From a virus (Duplodnaviria; Heunggongvirae; Uroviricota; Caudoviricetes), in IMG/VR virus record IMGVR_UViG_2565956719_000009: 31,137 bases of DNA. The stretch is one strand, 5' to 3'. Below the pieces are notes generated by a model that had not been told where the DNA came from, made no database searches, and saw only the letters and a program-made list of their open reading frames with translations. This document shows positions 8,382 to 16,788 of the stretch, one piece after another. Both the position numbers and the translations under genes were made by a program. How positions within the stretch are numbered: the first letter of the stretch is position 1; each line of letters opens with the position of its first letter.

Positions 8382-9359
8382 GTGTTCGGGGGTTTTATGA
8401 GCAGCAAGCTTCATGGTCTTGTCTGGGAAGGGTGCGCCTTCACCGGCATGATCTTATCCAGGGTGGCGGTTATGGCCCGTCTTGCAGACTACAGCAATGA
8501 CGAGGGCGTGTCATGGCCTGCCATTGAAACTATCCGGCGTCAGATCGGTGCAAGAAGTGAATCCACAGTGAAATCGGCTATTGCAGAACTGGCGAAAGAG
8601 GGCTGGCTGACGAAGGAAGAGCGTAAGGTCGGTGGGCGTAATGTAAGCAATATCTATCGGCTTAATGTGGAAAAACTCGAAGCAGCTGCGGCGGCGGCGC
8701 GTGAGTCATATAAACCGAAAAGAAAAATTAGCCCGGCAAAAAATGACCCGTTAACAGTTGACCCGTCAAATATTGACCCCTCAACGGTTGACCCGTCAAA
8801 TTTTGATGGATCAACTGTTGATAAAAAACTGCCGATTAGGGGGGCGATGATTGACCCCGATCCGTCAGTATTAAAACCTGATCCGTCAGATAAAAGATCT
8901 TCTTGTCCGGACGCTTCGCAACCGGACCCGCAGACGGCTGAACAGGATTTTTTAACCCGACACCCTGACGCGGTTGTGTTCAGTGCGAAAAAACGCCAGT
9001 GGGGAAGTCAGGAAGATTTGGTGTGCGCACAGTGGATCTGGGGACGAATCGTGAGTCTTTACGAGCAGGCGGCCAGCTATGATGGCGAGATCACTAGACC
9101 GAAAGAACCCAACTGGACAGCATGGGCCAATGACGTTCGCACAATGCGGATGCTGGATGGCAGAACTCACAGACAAATTTGTGAAATGTTTGGGCGTCTC
9201 CAGCGGGATTCGTTCTGGGTAAAAAACATCATGAGTCCGGCAAAACTCCGGGAAAAATGGGATGAACTGGTTATCCGCCTGGGGCGTTCGCCTGCGCAGC
9301 GTTGCGTGAATCACATTTCTGAACCGGACACTGAAATACCGCCGGGATTCAGGGGGTGA
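8382..9359 (+). CDS. Replication initiator, lambda O-like (N-terminal wHTH, origin iterons inside the gene)
   Basis: 325 aa; N-terminal HTH; 15-bp-period DNA iterons at 8740-8830 encode the peptide repeat VDPSN-IDPST-VDPSN-FDGST; followed by a DnaC-like loader. Confidence 0.7.
   Translation: MFGGFMSSKLHGLVWEGCAFTGMILSRVAVMARLADYSNDEGVSWPAIETIRRQIGARSESTVKSAIAELAKEGWLTKEERKVGGRNVSNIYRLNVEKLEAAAAAARESYKPKRKISPAKNDPLTVDPSNIDPSTVDPSNFDGSTVDKKLPIRGAMIDPDPSVLKPDPSDKRSSCPDASQPDPQTAEQDFLTRHPDAVVFSAKKRQWGSQEDLVCAQWIWGRIVSLYEQAASYDGEITRPKEPNWTAWANDVRTMRMLDGRTHRQICEMFGRLQRDSFWVKNIMSPAKLREKWDELVIRLGRSPAQRCVNHISEPDTEIPPGFRG
8740..8830. repeat. Candidate replication origin: TTGACCCGTCAA-type iterons at 15-bp spacing followed by a short A-rich stretch
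   Basis: GTTGACCCGTCAAA (x2), ATTGACCCCTCAAC, TGACCCGTTAACA, TTTGATGGATCAAC in tandem inside the initiator ORF; more GATCCGTCAG repeats at ~8850-8890. Confidence 0.55.
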
Positions 9360-9365
9360 CGTGTC

Positions 9366-10112
9366 ATGAAAAACATTGCGGCAGTTGGGGTTCTTGAACG
9401 TATTCGCAGACTTGCACCACAGGGGTCGGTTCCACCGTACCGGACGGTGGAGGAGTGGCGGGAATGGCAACTTGCTGAAGGACGAAAACGCAGCGAGGAG
9501 ATTAACCGCCAGAATCGCCAGTTGCGGGTGGAAAAAATCCTGAATCGTTCGGGCATCCAGCCTCTGCACAGCAAATGCTCGTTTGCAAATTATCAGGTGC
9601 AGAACGACGGGCAAAAATACGCGCTGAGCCAGGCCAAATCCATAGCTGACGAACTGATGACCGGGTGCACGAATTTTGTGTTCAGCGGTAAAACCGGCAC
9701 CGGGAAAAATCACCTTGCAGCGGCGATGGGCAACCGGCTGATGGTGAAGGGGCGCAGCGTGATTATCGTCACCGTGTCTGACGTCATGAGCGTGTTGCAT
9801 GACAGCTACGACAACGGCAAATCCGGGGAAAAATTTTTACAGGAGCTTTGCGGGGTTGATTTGCTGGTCCTGGATGAAATAGGCGTTCAGCGGGAGACGA
9901 AAAACGAGCAGGTGGTATTGCACCAGATAATTGATCGCCGGACAGCATCACTGTGCAGTGTCGGGATGTTAACAAACCTGAATCATGCCGCAATGAGTAC
10001 GCTTCTTGGTGAGAGGATTATGGACCGCATGACCATGAACGGTGGTCGATGGGTGACGTTTAACTGGGATAGCTGGCGTCCAAATGTCAGCAATATGAGG
10101 GTTGTGAAGTAA
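9366..10112 (+). CDS. DnaC-like helicase loader (IstB-like AAA+ ATPase)
   Basis: 248 aa; Walker A GKTGTGKNHLAAA, Walker B LLVLDEIG; immediately downstream of the initiator. Confidence 0.85.
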   Translation: MKNIAAVGVLERIRRLAPQGSVPPYRTVEEWREWQLAEGRKRSEEINRQNRQLRVEKILNRSGIQPLHSKCSFANYQVQNDGQKYALSQAKSIADELMTGCTNFVFSGKTGTGKNHLAAAMGNRLMVKGRSVIIVTVSDVMSVLHDSYDNGKSGEKFLQELCGVDLLVLDEIGVQRETKNEQVVLHQIIDRRTASLCSVGMLTNLNHAAMSTLLGERIMDRMTMNGGRWVTFNWDSWRPNVSNMRVVK

Positions 10113-10133
10113 TTTTGTCCGGAGGAAATTTTA

Positions 10134-10904
10134 ATGGAAACCGTATCTGACGCACTGAAAGCACTGAAAAAAGCCTCTTCACATGTGGTGGCAGCTCGCC
10201 TTGGAATCAGTCGTGAAGAGGCTGTCAACGAGCTGTGGGAACTCAAAAGAAAAGGCGTCGTTGATAAAACTGGTCACACCTGGTATCTGGCTGGCGAAGG
10301 TGAATCCCGGGTAACCGAAGAGCGGCCAGTAAAATCTGAAGCACAGGATATGCTGACCGGGGAGGTCGAACAAAAAGTTACCGCAGACATGATGATTGAG
10401 TTTATCGGTCAGGATGGGGCTAAAACGTGTGAGGAACTGGCGGGTAAGTTCGGTGTCAGTACTCGCAAGGTTGCTTCCACGCTGGCGGTGGTAACCGCAA
10501 CGGGGCGGCTGGCACGCGTTAATCAGAACGGTAAATTTCGTTACTGCATGCCGGGCGATAATTTACCAGCAGAGCCGAAAGCCGCGCTGGTAACGGAAAG
10601 TGATGGTAAGGCCTTTCCTCAGCCAGCAGGTGCTGCGTTACCAGTCCGGGAAGCCGCAACACAGGAAGAAATTAAAACAGAAACTGTGGCGGACATTGTG
10701 CAGCCGTTGCCATCGTTTACCGAAACGCAAGCAGATGAGCTGATTTTTCCGTCCCTTCGCAGGGCAAACCTGGCGCTGCGCAGGGCGAAAAGTGATGTTC
10801 AGAAGTGGGAGCGAGTCTGCGCCGCGCTGCGGGAGCTGAACAAGCACCGGGATATTGTTCGACAGATTACTGATTCTTCCCGCCGTGTTGTATCGGAAAA
10901 GTGA
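10134..10904 (+). CDS. Hypothetical protein with two tandem winged-helix-like modules
   Basis: 256 aa; internal repeat (VVAARLGISREEAVNELWELKRKGVV / AKTCEELAGKFGVSTRKVASTLAVVTATGRLARV); RBS GGAGGA; tightly packed after the loader gene. Confidence 0.55.
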   Translation: METVSDALKALKKASSHVVAARLGISREEAVNELWELKRKGVVDKTGHTWYLAGEGESRVTEERPVKSEAQDMLTGEVEQKVTADMMIEFIGQDGAKTCEELAGKFGVSTRKVASTLAVVTATGRLARVNQNGKFRYCMPGDNLPAEPKAALVTESDGKAFPQPAGAALPVREAATQEEIKTETVADIVQPLPSFTETQADELIFPSLRRANLALRRAKSDVQKWERVCAALRELNKHRDIVRQITDSSRRVVSEK

Positions 10905-11345
10905 TTGCCGGAGGCGCTTATGGCAAAAGTATTTACACAAGAAGAGCGGGAAAAAATTAAAGGGCAGGTTGTTGAACTTGTACGTCTGAGCGGTCGCGAG
11001 ACGTTGCGGCAACTGGAAGCCAGGACAGGTGCGACAAGATATCTGATGAGTGTTCTCGCCAGAGAGCTGGTTGCCAGTGGCGATGTATACAACTCTGGTT
11101 ACGGGTTATTCCCGTCTGAACAGGCGCGTAAGGACTGGCAAAATGCTCGCAAAAAACTCTCAAGGGCAAAGGTGAAGAAACCTGCAGTGGTTGATCCGGA
11201 CCTTATCTGGTCGTTACCAGACGGCGAAATACGCCGCTACGACAGGCGCCTGAATATAATCTGTCGCGAGTGCCGGAAGAGCGAAGCTATGCAGCGTGTA
11301 CTGGCATTTTATCAAGGAAATGTTAGGTATTTTAGACGTTACTAG
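10905..11345 (+). CDS. Hypothetical protein, N-terminal winged-helix-like and C-terminal basic region
   Basis: 146 aa; likely true start is the ATG ~15 nt into the track ORF (MAKVFTQ...); stop-start coupled to the upstream gene. Confidence 0.5.
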   Translation: MPEALMAKVFTQEEREKIKGQVVELVRLSGRETLRQLEARTGATRYLMSVLARELVASGDVYNSGYGLFPSEQARKDWQNARKKLSRAKVKKPAVVDPDLIWSLPDGEIRRYDRRLNIICRECRKSEAMQRVLAFYQGNVRYFRRY

Positions 11346-11498
11346 ATTAAAGAGCATTAGTTCAGATGTGAATTGACATTTTCATGGCGCAGGGTAGAGC
11401 CAGCGTGGTTGTCCGCTTTGCGTCAAAACCAGATATTACCAGATTTAGACATATATTCCCGATAGACCTGCTCTGATGCTACACTCTGTGCTATTTTC

Positions 11499-12185
11499 AT
11501 GACCCCAATAAAAATATTTATGACTATTGCTGATTTCAAACGGCCTAAATTGGAGCTCCCAAACGGGGCAAACAAACTACTACTGCACTCTTGCTGTGCT
11601 CCATGTTCCGGTGAAGTGATGGAGGCGCTTCAGGCCTCGGGAATCGACTACACCATCTTTTTCTACAACCCGAACATTCATCCTCAGAAAGAGTATTTAA
11701 TTCGTAAGGATGAAAATATTCGCTTTGCTGAACAACACGGCGTGCCGTTTATCGATGCTGATTACGACACCGACAACTGGTTTGAACGTGCCAAAGGAAT
11801 GGAATGGGAGCCTGAGAGGGGGATCCGTTGTACCATGTGTTTTGACATGCGTTTTGAGCGGACAGCGTTGTACGCTGCTGAAAATGGTTTCAGTGTGATC
11901 AGCAGTTCACTGGGCATTTCACGCTGGAAAAATATGCAGCAGGTTAACGAGTGTGGGCGGCGAGCTGTTGCGCATTATCCGGGTATGGTGTACTGGGATT
12001 ATAACTGGCGCAAGCAGGGCGGCTCGTCCCGTATGATTGAAATCAGCAAGCGCGAAAAATTCTATCAGCAGGAATATTGTGGCTGTGTGTATTCTCTGCG
12101 CGATACCAATCTACACCGCAAATCTCAGGGACGCCCTCTTATCAAAATTGGCCAACTCCACTACGGAAAAGAAGAGAAGGAGTGA
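11499..12185 (+). CDS. queH: QueH-like epoxyqueuosine reductase (DUF208 family), prophage-borne
   Basis: 228 aa with the DUF208/QueH hallmarks as recalled: [39 protein letters not shown]; preceded by a 150-bp intergenic region with promoter-like hexamers. Confidence 0.7.
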   Translation: MTPIKIFMTIADFKRPKLELPNGANKLLLHSCCAPCSGEVMEALQASGIDYTIFFYNPNIHPQKEYLIRKDENIRFAEQHGVPFIDADYDTDNWFERAKGMEWEPERGIRCTMCFDMRFERTALYAAENGFSVISSSLGISRWKNMQQVNECGRRAVAHYPGMVYWDYNWRKQGGSSRMIEISKREKFYQQEYCGCVYSLRDTNLHRKSQGRPLIKIGQLHYGKEEKE

Positions 12186-12422
12186 TTTTATGGATCACCT
12201 TTCTGATTGATTTCATATTGGCGAGGTGACGTGAGTTAAGTAGAATGGCTGCGGGTGCTTGAGGCTATCTGTCTCAGGCATGAACACTGAAAGGCAGATA
12301 GAGAAAAGCCCCAGTTAACATTTCGCGTCCTGCAAGACGCTTAACATTAATCTGAGGCCCAATCTATGTCTCACAAATGTAGGTTAGCCTCTTACGTGCC
12401 GAAAGGCAAGGGGAAGCAGGCT

Positions 12423-12578
12423 ATGAAGCAGCAAAAGGCGATGTTAATCGCCCTGATCGTCATCTGTTTAACCGTCATAGTGACGGCACTGGTAACGAGG
12501 AAAGACCTCTGCGAGGTACGACTCCGAACCGGCCAGACGGAGGTCGCTGTCTTCACAGCTTACGAACCTGAGGAGTAA
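12423..12578 (+). CDS. hokD: Hok/Gef-family type I toxin, HokD/RelF-like
   Basis: MKQQKAMLIALIVICLTVIVTALVTRKDLCEVRLRTGQTEVAVFTAYEPEE: single TM helix plus conserved C-terminus, near-identical to RelF/HokD as recalled; track ORF extends in frame upstream to 12366. Confidence 0.85.
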   Translation: MKQQKAMLIALIVICLTVIVTALVTRKDLCEVRLRTGQTEVAVFTAYEPEE

Positions 12579-12646
12579 GAGACCTGGCGGGGGAGAAATC
12601 CCTCGCCACCTCTGATGTGTCAGGCATCCTCAACGCACCCGCACTT

Positions 12647-12674
12647 AACCCGCTTCGGCGGGTTTTGTTTTTTT
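12647..12674 (+). terminator. Rho-independent terminator downstream of hok
   Basis: AACCCGC-TTCG-GCGGGTT stem-loop followed by TTGTTTTTTT. Confidence 0.65.
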
Positions 12675-12745
12675 CTGGCATTCTGGTTTACAATTCGCAC
12701 GTCAGCCTGAACACCTGACACCTGCTGCGCCAGCAGAGAAAACAG

Positions 12746-13018
12746 ATGGCGCACAAAACCAAATTTCACAATTCTGATACCGACCTTGCCATCCGGCATG
12801 GGCGGCGTTCACACGCATTTAAAACCGACTGGTACCAACACCCACCATGTACTGAAGAACAGGCCGAATGGCTAATTCATAACTACCGCAGACGCGGATA
12901 CGAGATTAAGAAAGCCCTCAGCCTCGATTATCGTCACTGGATAATCTCCGTCAGGCTTCCTTACTCTGAACGCCCACCGCGTCCGTCCCGCACATTCCAG
13001 CAACGCATCTGGAGGTAA
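12746..13018 (+). CDS. Hypothetical small protein (Qin Rem position)
   Basis: 90-aa ORF immediately upstream of, and abutting, the DUF968-like gene; no motif recognised. Confidence 0.45.
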   Translation: MAHKTKFHNSDTDLAIRHGRRSHAFKTDWYQHPPCTEEQAEWLIHNYRRRGYEIKKALSLDYRHWIISVRLPYSERPPRPSRTFQQRIWR

Positions 13019-13019
13019 C

Positions 13020-14075
13020 GTGCGGGTATTACTTCGACCTGTTCTGGTACCGGAACTCGGGCTGGTGATCGTTAAGCCGGGCCGTGAATCCATGCCGGTA
13101 TTCCACAATACCCGGGTACTGGTGGAGCCGGAACCGAAAAGCATGCGTAATCTGCCGTCCGGGGTCGTTCCTGCCGTTCGCCAGCCGCTGGCGGAGGATA
13201 AATCATTACTGCCATTTTTCAGCGACGAACGAGTGATTCGTGCTGCTGGTGGCGCTGGCGCATTGTCTGACTGGTTACTGCGCCATGTTAAATCCTGCCA
13301 GTGGCCACACGGCGATTATCACCACAGTGAAACCGTCATTCACCGTTATGGTACCGGCGCAATGGTGTTGTGCTGGCACTGCGACAACCAGCTGCGCGAC
13401 CAGACCTCCGAATCACTCGGGCAACTTGCTCACCAAAACCTGTCTGCATGGATGATTGACGTCATACGCCATGCAATGAATGGCTCGCAGGAGCGGGAAT
13501 TATCGCTGGCTGAATTATCCTGGTGGGCGGTCCGCAATCAGGTGGCGGACGCGCTACCGGAAGCGGTATTACGTCGTTCGCTGGGGTTGCGTGCGGAAAA
13601 AATCCGCTCAATGTACCGTGAAAGCGACATCGTACCGGGAGAGCAGACCGCCACCAGCATACTGAAGCAGCGCACAAAAAATCTTGCGCCGCTGCCTCAC
13701 GCCCACCAGCAAAACCCGCCACAGGAAAAGACGGTGGTCAGCATTGCCGTTGATCCGGAGTCACCGGCTCAGTATCTCCAGCGCCAGAAATCACAACGGG
13801 AAGAGATGCCTGTATACACGCGTTGGGTAAAAACGCAGAAATGCATGACGTGTGGCAATCAGGCAGATGATCCGCATCACATCATTGGTCATGGACTGGG
13901 AGGGATGGGAACAAAGGCTGATGATTTGTTTGTTATTCCGCTGTGCCGTAAATGCCATAGCGAACTACACGCCGGGGTAAAAGATTTTGAAGAAAAACAC
14001 GGCAGCCAGCTGTTGTTGCTGATTCGTTTTTTAATGCACGCGAGAAATTCGGGTGTTCTGAAGTGGAAAGCATAA
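13020..14075 (+). CDS. DUF968-like protein (YdfU-like) with C-terminal Cys/His HNH-like motif
   Basis: 351 aa; C-terminal CMTCGNQADDPHHIIGHG..LCRKCHSELH; directly upstream of rusA as in Qin/DLP12-type nin regions. Confidence 0.7.
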   Translation: MRVLLRPVLVPELGLVIVKPGRESMPVFHNTRVLVEPEPKSMRNLPSGVVPAVRQPLAEDKSLLPFFSDERVIRAAGGAGALSDWLLRHVKSCQWPHGDYHHSETVIHRYGTGAMVLCWHCDNQLRDQTSESLGQLAHQNLSAWMIDVIRHAMNGSQERELSLAELSWWAVRNQVADALPEAVLRRSLGLRAEKIRSMYRESDIVPGEQTATSILKQRTKNLAPLPHAHQQNPPQEKTVVSIAVDPESPAQYLQRQKSQREEMPVYTRWVKTQKCMTCGNQADDPHHIIGHGLGGMGTKADDLFVIPLCRKCHSELHAGVKDFEEKHGSQLLLLIRFLMHARNSGVLKWKA

Positions 14076-14441
14076 ATGACTGAACGCATAGAATTTGTTT
14101 TGCCTTACCCGCCAACGGTGAACACTTACTGGCGACGTCGTGGCAGCACATATTTTGTATCAAAAGTCGGTGAGCGTTATCGCCGTGATGTGGCGCTTAT
14201 TGTTCGCCAGCAGCAACTGAAATTAAACCTGTCCGGAAGGCCGGCAATAGAAATTATTGCAGAGCCACCGGATAAGCGCCGTCGTGACCTGGACAATATC
14301 CTGAAGGCACCACTGGATGTACTGACGCATGCGGGGCTGCTCATAGACGACGAGCAGTTTGATGAAATTAATATTGTGCGCGGTCAGCTTGTTCCTGGTG
14401 GGCGGTTGGGGATAAAAATCACAGAACTGGAGTACGCATGA
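14076..14441 (+). CDS. rusA: Holliday-junction resolvase RusA
   Basis: 121 aa; LPYPPTVNTYWRRRG...PDKRRRDLDNILKAPLDVLTHAGLLIDDEQ matches RusA catalytic-region motifs. Confidence 0.85.
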   Translation: MTERIEFVLPYPPTVNTYWRRRGSTYFVSKVGERYRRDVALIVRQQQLKLNLSGRPAIEIIAEPPDKRRRDLDNILKAPLDVLTHAGLLIDDEQFDEINIVRGQLVPGGRLGIKITELEYA

Positions 14442-15127
14442 ATAACCAGTATTTACAGTTTGTTCGTGAGCAACTCATGATTGCCACCGCCGATTTGAGT
14501 GGATCAACAAAAGGGCAGCTTGAGGCCTGGCAGGAGAATGCCATGTTTGATACAGGGCGTTACAGGCGTAAAAAAATCCGGTACCGCGATGAAGTGACTG
14601 GAAAAATGATAACGCGGGATAATCCACCAATCCCGGGAAAGCAATCGCTGGCGAAGGGGGTGTCAATTCCTCTCGTCAGTCCGGTTGAGTTTTCGACATC
14701 ATCGTGGCGGCGGGCTGTTCTGTCTCTTGAAGAACATCATAAAGCCTGGTTGTTGTGGTGTTACAGCGGGAGTATTTGTTGGGAATATCAGATCGCGATA
14801 ACGCAGTGGGTGTGGAATGAATTTAAAACCCGGTACGGCACCAGAAAAATTGCAGGGAAAACGCAGGAGCGCGTGAAGAAGTTGATCTGGCTGGCGGCAC
14901 AGGATGTCAGAGGATGGATTACCGGGTGTGAGGTCTACCAGAGACAGGAGCTTGCCAGACTGTGTGGAGTTAAGCCTGATAACTGGAGCCATAATTATGC
15001 GAACTACTGGCGTGAGATGTGCGATATTTTTAAGAGTCTCGATAGAGAATCTGTGATTTGCACCGTGAAAATAAGAGCGCAACAAAAAGCGACTTTTTCA
15101 CGACGAGATATTGCAAAAGTCAATTAA
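14438..15127 (+). CDS. Putative late-gene antiterminator (Q-position protein)
   Basis: 229 aa; last gene of the nin-like block, start overlaps the rusA stop, followed by a promoter-like element plus hairpin/T-run; several Cys pairs could bind zinc. Call is positional only. Confidence 0.45.
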   Translation: MNNQYLQFVREQLMIATADLSGSTKGQLEAWQENAMFDTGRYRRKKIRYRDEVTGKMITRDNPPIPGKQSLAKGVSIPLVSPVEFSTSSWRRAVLSLEEHHKAWLLWCYSGSICWEYQIAITQWVWNEFKTRYGTRKIAGKTQERVKKLIWLAAQDVRGWITGCEVYQRQELARLCGVKPDNWSHNYANYWREMCDIFKSLDRESVICTVKIRAQQKATFSRRDIAKVN

Positions 15128-15142
15128 ATAGCGTACGTTTCG

Positions 15143-15219
15143 TATAAATCTGATATTTTGCCGATTTTGTACGCGATGGCAAAGTAAGAAAAAAAACTGC
15201 CGTCAGGCGGTTTTTTTTT
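15143..15219 (+). promoter_or_regulatory. Candidate late promoter pR' with a tR'-like terminator
   Basis: TATAAAT at ~15143-15149; downstream A8-CTGCC-GTCA-GGCGG-T9 hairpin (15190-15219) flanked by A- and T-runs. Confidence 0.3.
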
Positions 15220-15341
15220 ATGCCCAAAATCGCGTCAGTACAGTAAACACGCTGGTGGTTGCGAATACGGGTCTTTCAGCTTGCTGGCTTTTTCGACAAG
15301 AGTTATTGGTATGTCACGTTAACCGGAAAAAGGAAAAAGAC

Positions 15342-15539
15342 ATGCTAAAACAGCAGGATATGACAGAAACCGCCAGAGTGGTGTTTAATGAATTAAGCGT
15401 TACCGAACCGGCGACAGTCGGGGAGATAGCGCAGAATACTTACCTTTCACGCGAACGCTGCCAGTTAATACTGACCCAGCTGGTTATGGCGGGTCTGGCA
15501 GACTATCAGTTCGGTTGTTACAGACGCCTTCAGTCCTGA
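15342..15539 (+). CDS. Small hypothetical protein, winged-helix-like
   Basis: 65 aa from internal ATG (MLKQQDMTETARVVFNELSVTEPATVGEIAQNTYLSRERCQLILTQLVMAGLADYQFGCYRRLQS), preceded by AAAGGAAAAAG; stop lies inside a terminator hairpin. Confidence 0.4.
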   Translation: MLKQQDMTETARVVFNELSVTEPATVGEIAQNTYLSRERCQLILTQLVMAGLADYQFGCYRRLQS

Positions 15540-15548
15540 AGGCTTTTT
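15525..15548 (+). terminator. Rho-independent terminator
   Basis: GCCTTCAG-TC-CTGAAGGC perfect inverted repeat followed by TTTTTT. Confidence 0.6.
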
Positions 15549-15689
15549 TATTTGTGGTAAATGGGCGGCTGGTGGGTGTTAGGGGCACCCACCAGCCATC
15601 TGCTCATGCGTTGGGTTCACAAGCAAACCTCAGGCCCACTGCTTTGCGCAAAAGCAGAATGAGCCTATCAGAGACAGGCTTAATGATCC

Positions 15690-16739
15690 ATGCTTAATAC
15701 TGTAAAAATATCCAGTTGTGAGTTAATCAACGCCGACTGCCTGGAATTTATCCGGTCGTTACCCGAAAATTCTGTTGACCTGATAGTCACGGACCCGCCG
15801 TACTTTAAAGTGAAGCCTGAGGGCTGGGATAACCAGTGGAAGGGCGACGATGATTACCTGAAGTGGCTGGACCAGTGTCTGGCGCAGTTCTGGCGGGTGC
15901 TGAAACCTGCCGGAAGTCTTTACCTGTTCTGTGGTCATCGCCTGGCATCTGATATCGAAATCATGATGCGTGAACGCTTCAGTGTGCTGAACCATATTAT
16001 CTGGGCGAAGCCGTCCGGACGCTGGAACGGATGCAACAAGGAAAGGCTGCGGGCGTATTTCCCCGCCACAGAGCGCATTCTGTTCGCGGAACATTATCAG
16101 GGGCCGTATCGTCCGAAAGATGCCGGGTATGCGGCGAAGGGCAGTGCACTGAAACAGCATGTGATGGCCCCGCTGATTTCTTACTTTCGTGATGCGCGCG
16201 CGGCCCTGGGGATAACGGCAAAACAGATTGCAGATGCCACAGGAAAGAAAAACATGGTGTCGCACTGGTTCAGTGCCAGTCAGTGGCAGCTACCGAATGA
16301 AAGCGATTATCTGAAATTACAGGCGCTGTTTGCCCGGGTGGCAGAAGAGAAGCATCGGCGTGGTGAACTGGAAAAGCTCCACCACCAGCTGGTGGATACG
16401 TATACCTCACTGAACCGGCAGTATGCGGAGCTGCTGAGTGAATATAAACATCTGCGGCGGTATTTTGGCGTGACGGTGCAGGTGCCGTATACCGATGTGT
16501 GGACGCATAAACCGGTGCAGTTCTATCCCGGGAAACATCCGTGCGAAAAACCGGCAGAAATGCTGCAGCAGATAATCAGCGCAAGTAGCCGTCCTGGTGA
16601 TCTGGTTGCGGATTTTTTCATGGGGTCGGGTTCAACGGTAAAAGCGGCGATGGCACTGGGGCGTCGTGCGATTGGTGTTGAGCTGGAGACCGGACGTTTT
16701 GAGCAGACAGTCAGGGAAGTTCAGGATTTAATCGTTTGA
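15690..16739 (+). CDS. DNA methyltransferase, DPPY-type (N6-adenine or N4-cytosine), orphan
   Basis: 349 aa; catalytic motif IV LIVTDPPY near the N-terminus and AdoMet motif I DFFMGSGST near the C-terminus (beta-class order); no adjacent restriction endonuclease ORF. Confidence 0.85.
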   Translation: MLNTVKISSCELINADCLEFIRSLPENSVDLIVTDPPYFKVKPEGWDNQWKGDDDYLKWLDQCLAQFWRVLKPAGSLYLFCGHRLASDIEIMMRERFSVLNHIIWAKPSGRWNGCNKERLRAYFPATERILFAEHYQGPYRPKDAGYAAKGSALKQHVMAPLISYFRDARAALGITAKQIADATGKKNMVSHWFSASQWQLPNESDYLKLQALFARVAEEKHRRGELEKLHHQLVDTYTSLNRQYAELLSEYKHLRRYFGVTVQVPYTDVWTHKPVQFYPGKHPCEKPAEMLQQIISASSRPGDLVADFFMGSGSTVKAAMALGRRAIGVELETGRFEQTVREVQDLIV

Positions 16740-16788
16740 AACGGATGAGATTGCAGAATTAATTACGCACCATTATTATTCTGCTCCC

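Noticed and set aside
8952-9800. 282-aa minus-strand ORF overlapping the O-like and DnaC-like genes
   Set aside because: Lies antisense to two genes with clear motifs (iteron-encoded repeats, Walker A/B); His/Pro/Arg-rich low-complexity translation, typical of a shadow ORF.
15997-16265. Minus-strand ORFs (74 and 168 aa) inside the DNA methyltransferase gene
   Set aside because: Antisense to a gene with intact DPPY and FxGxG motifs; no support.
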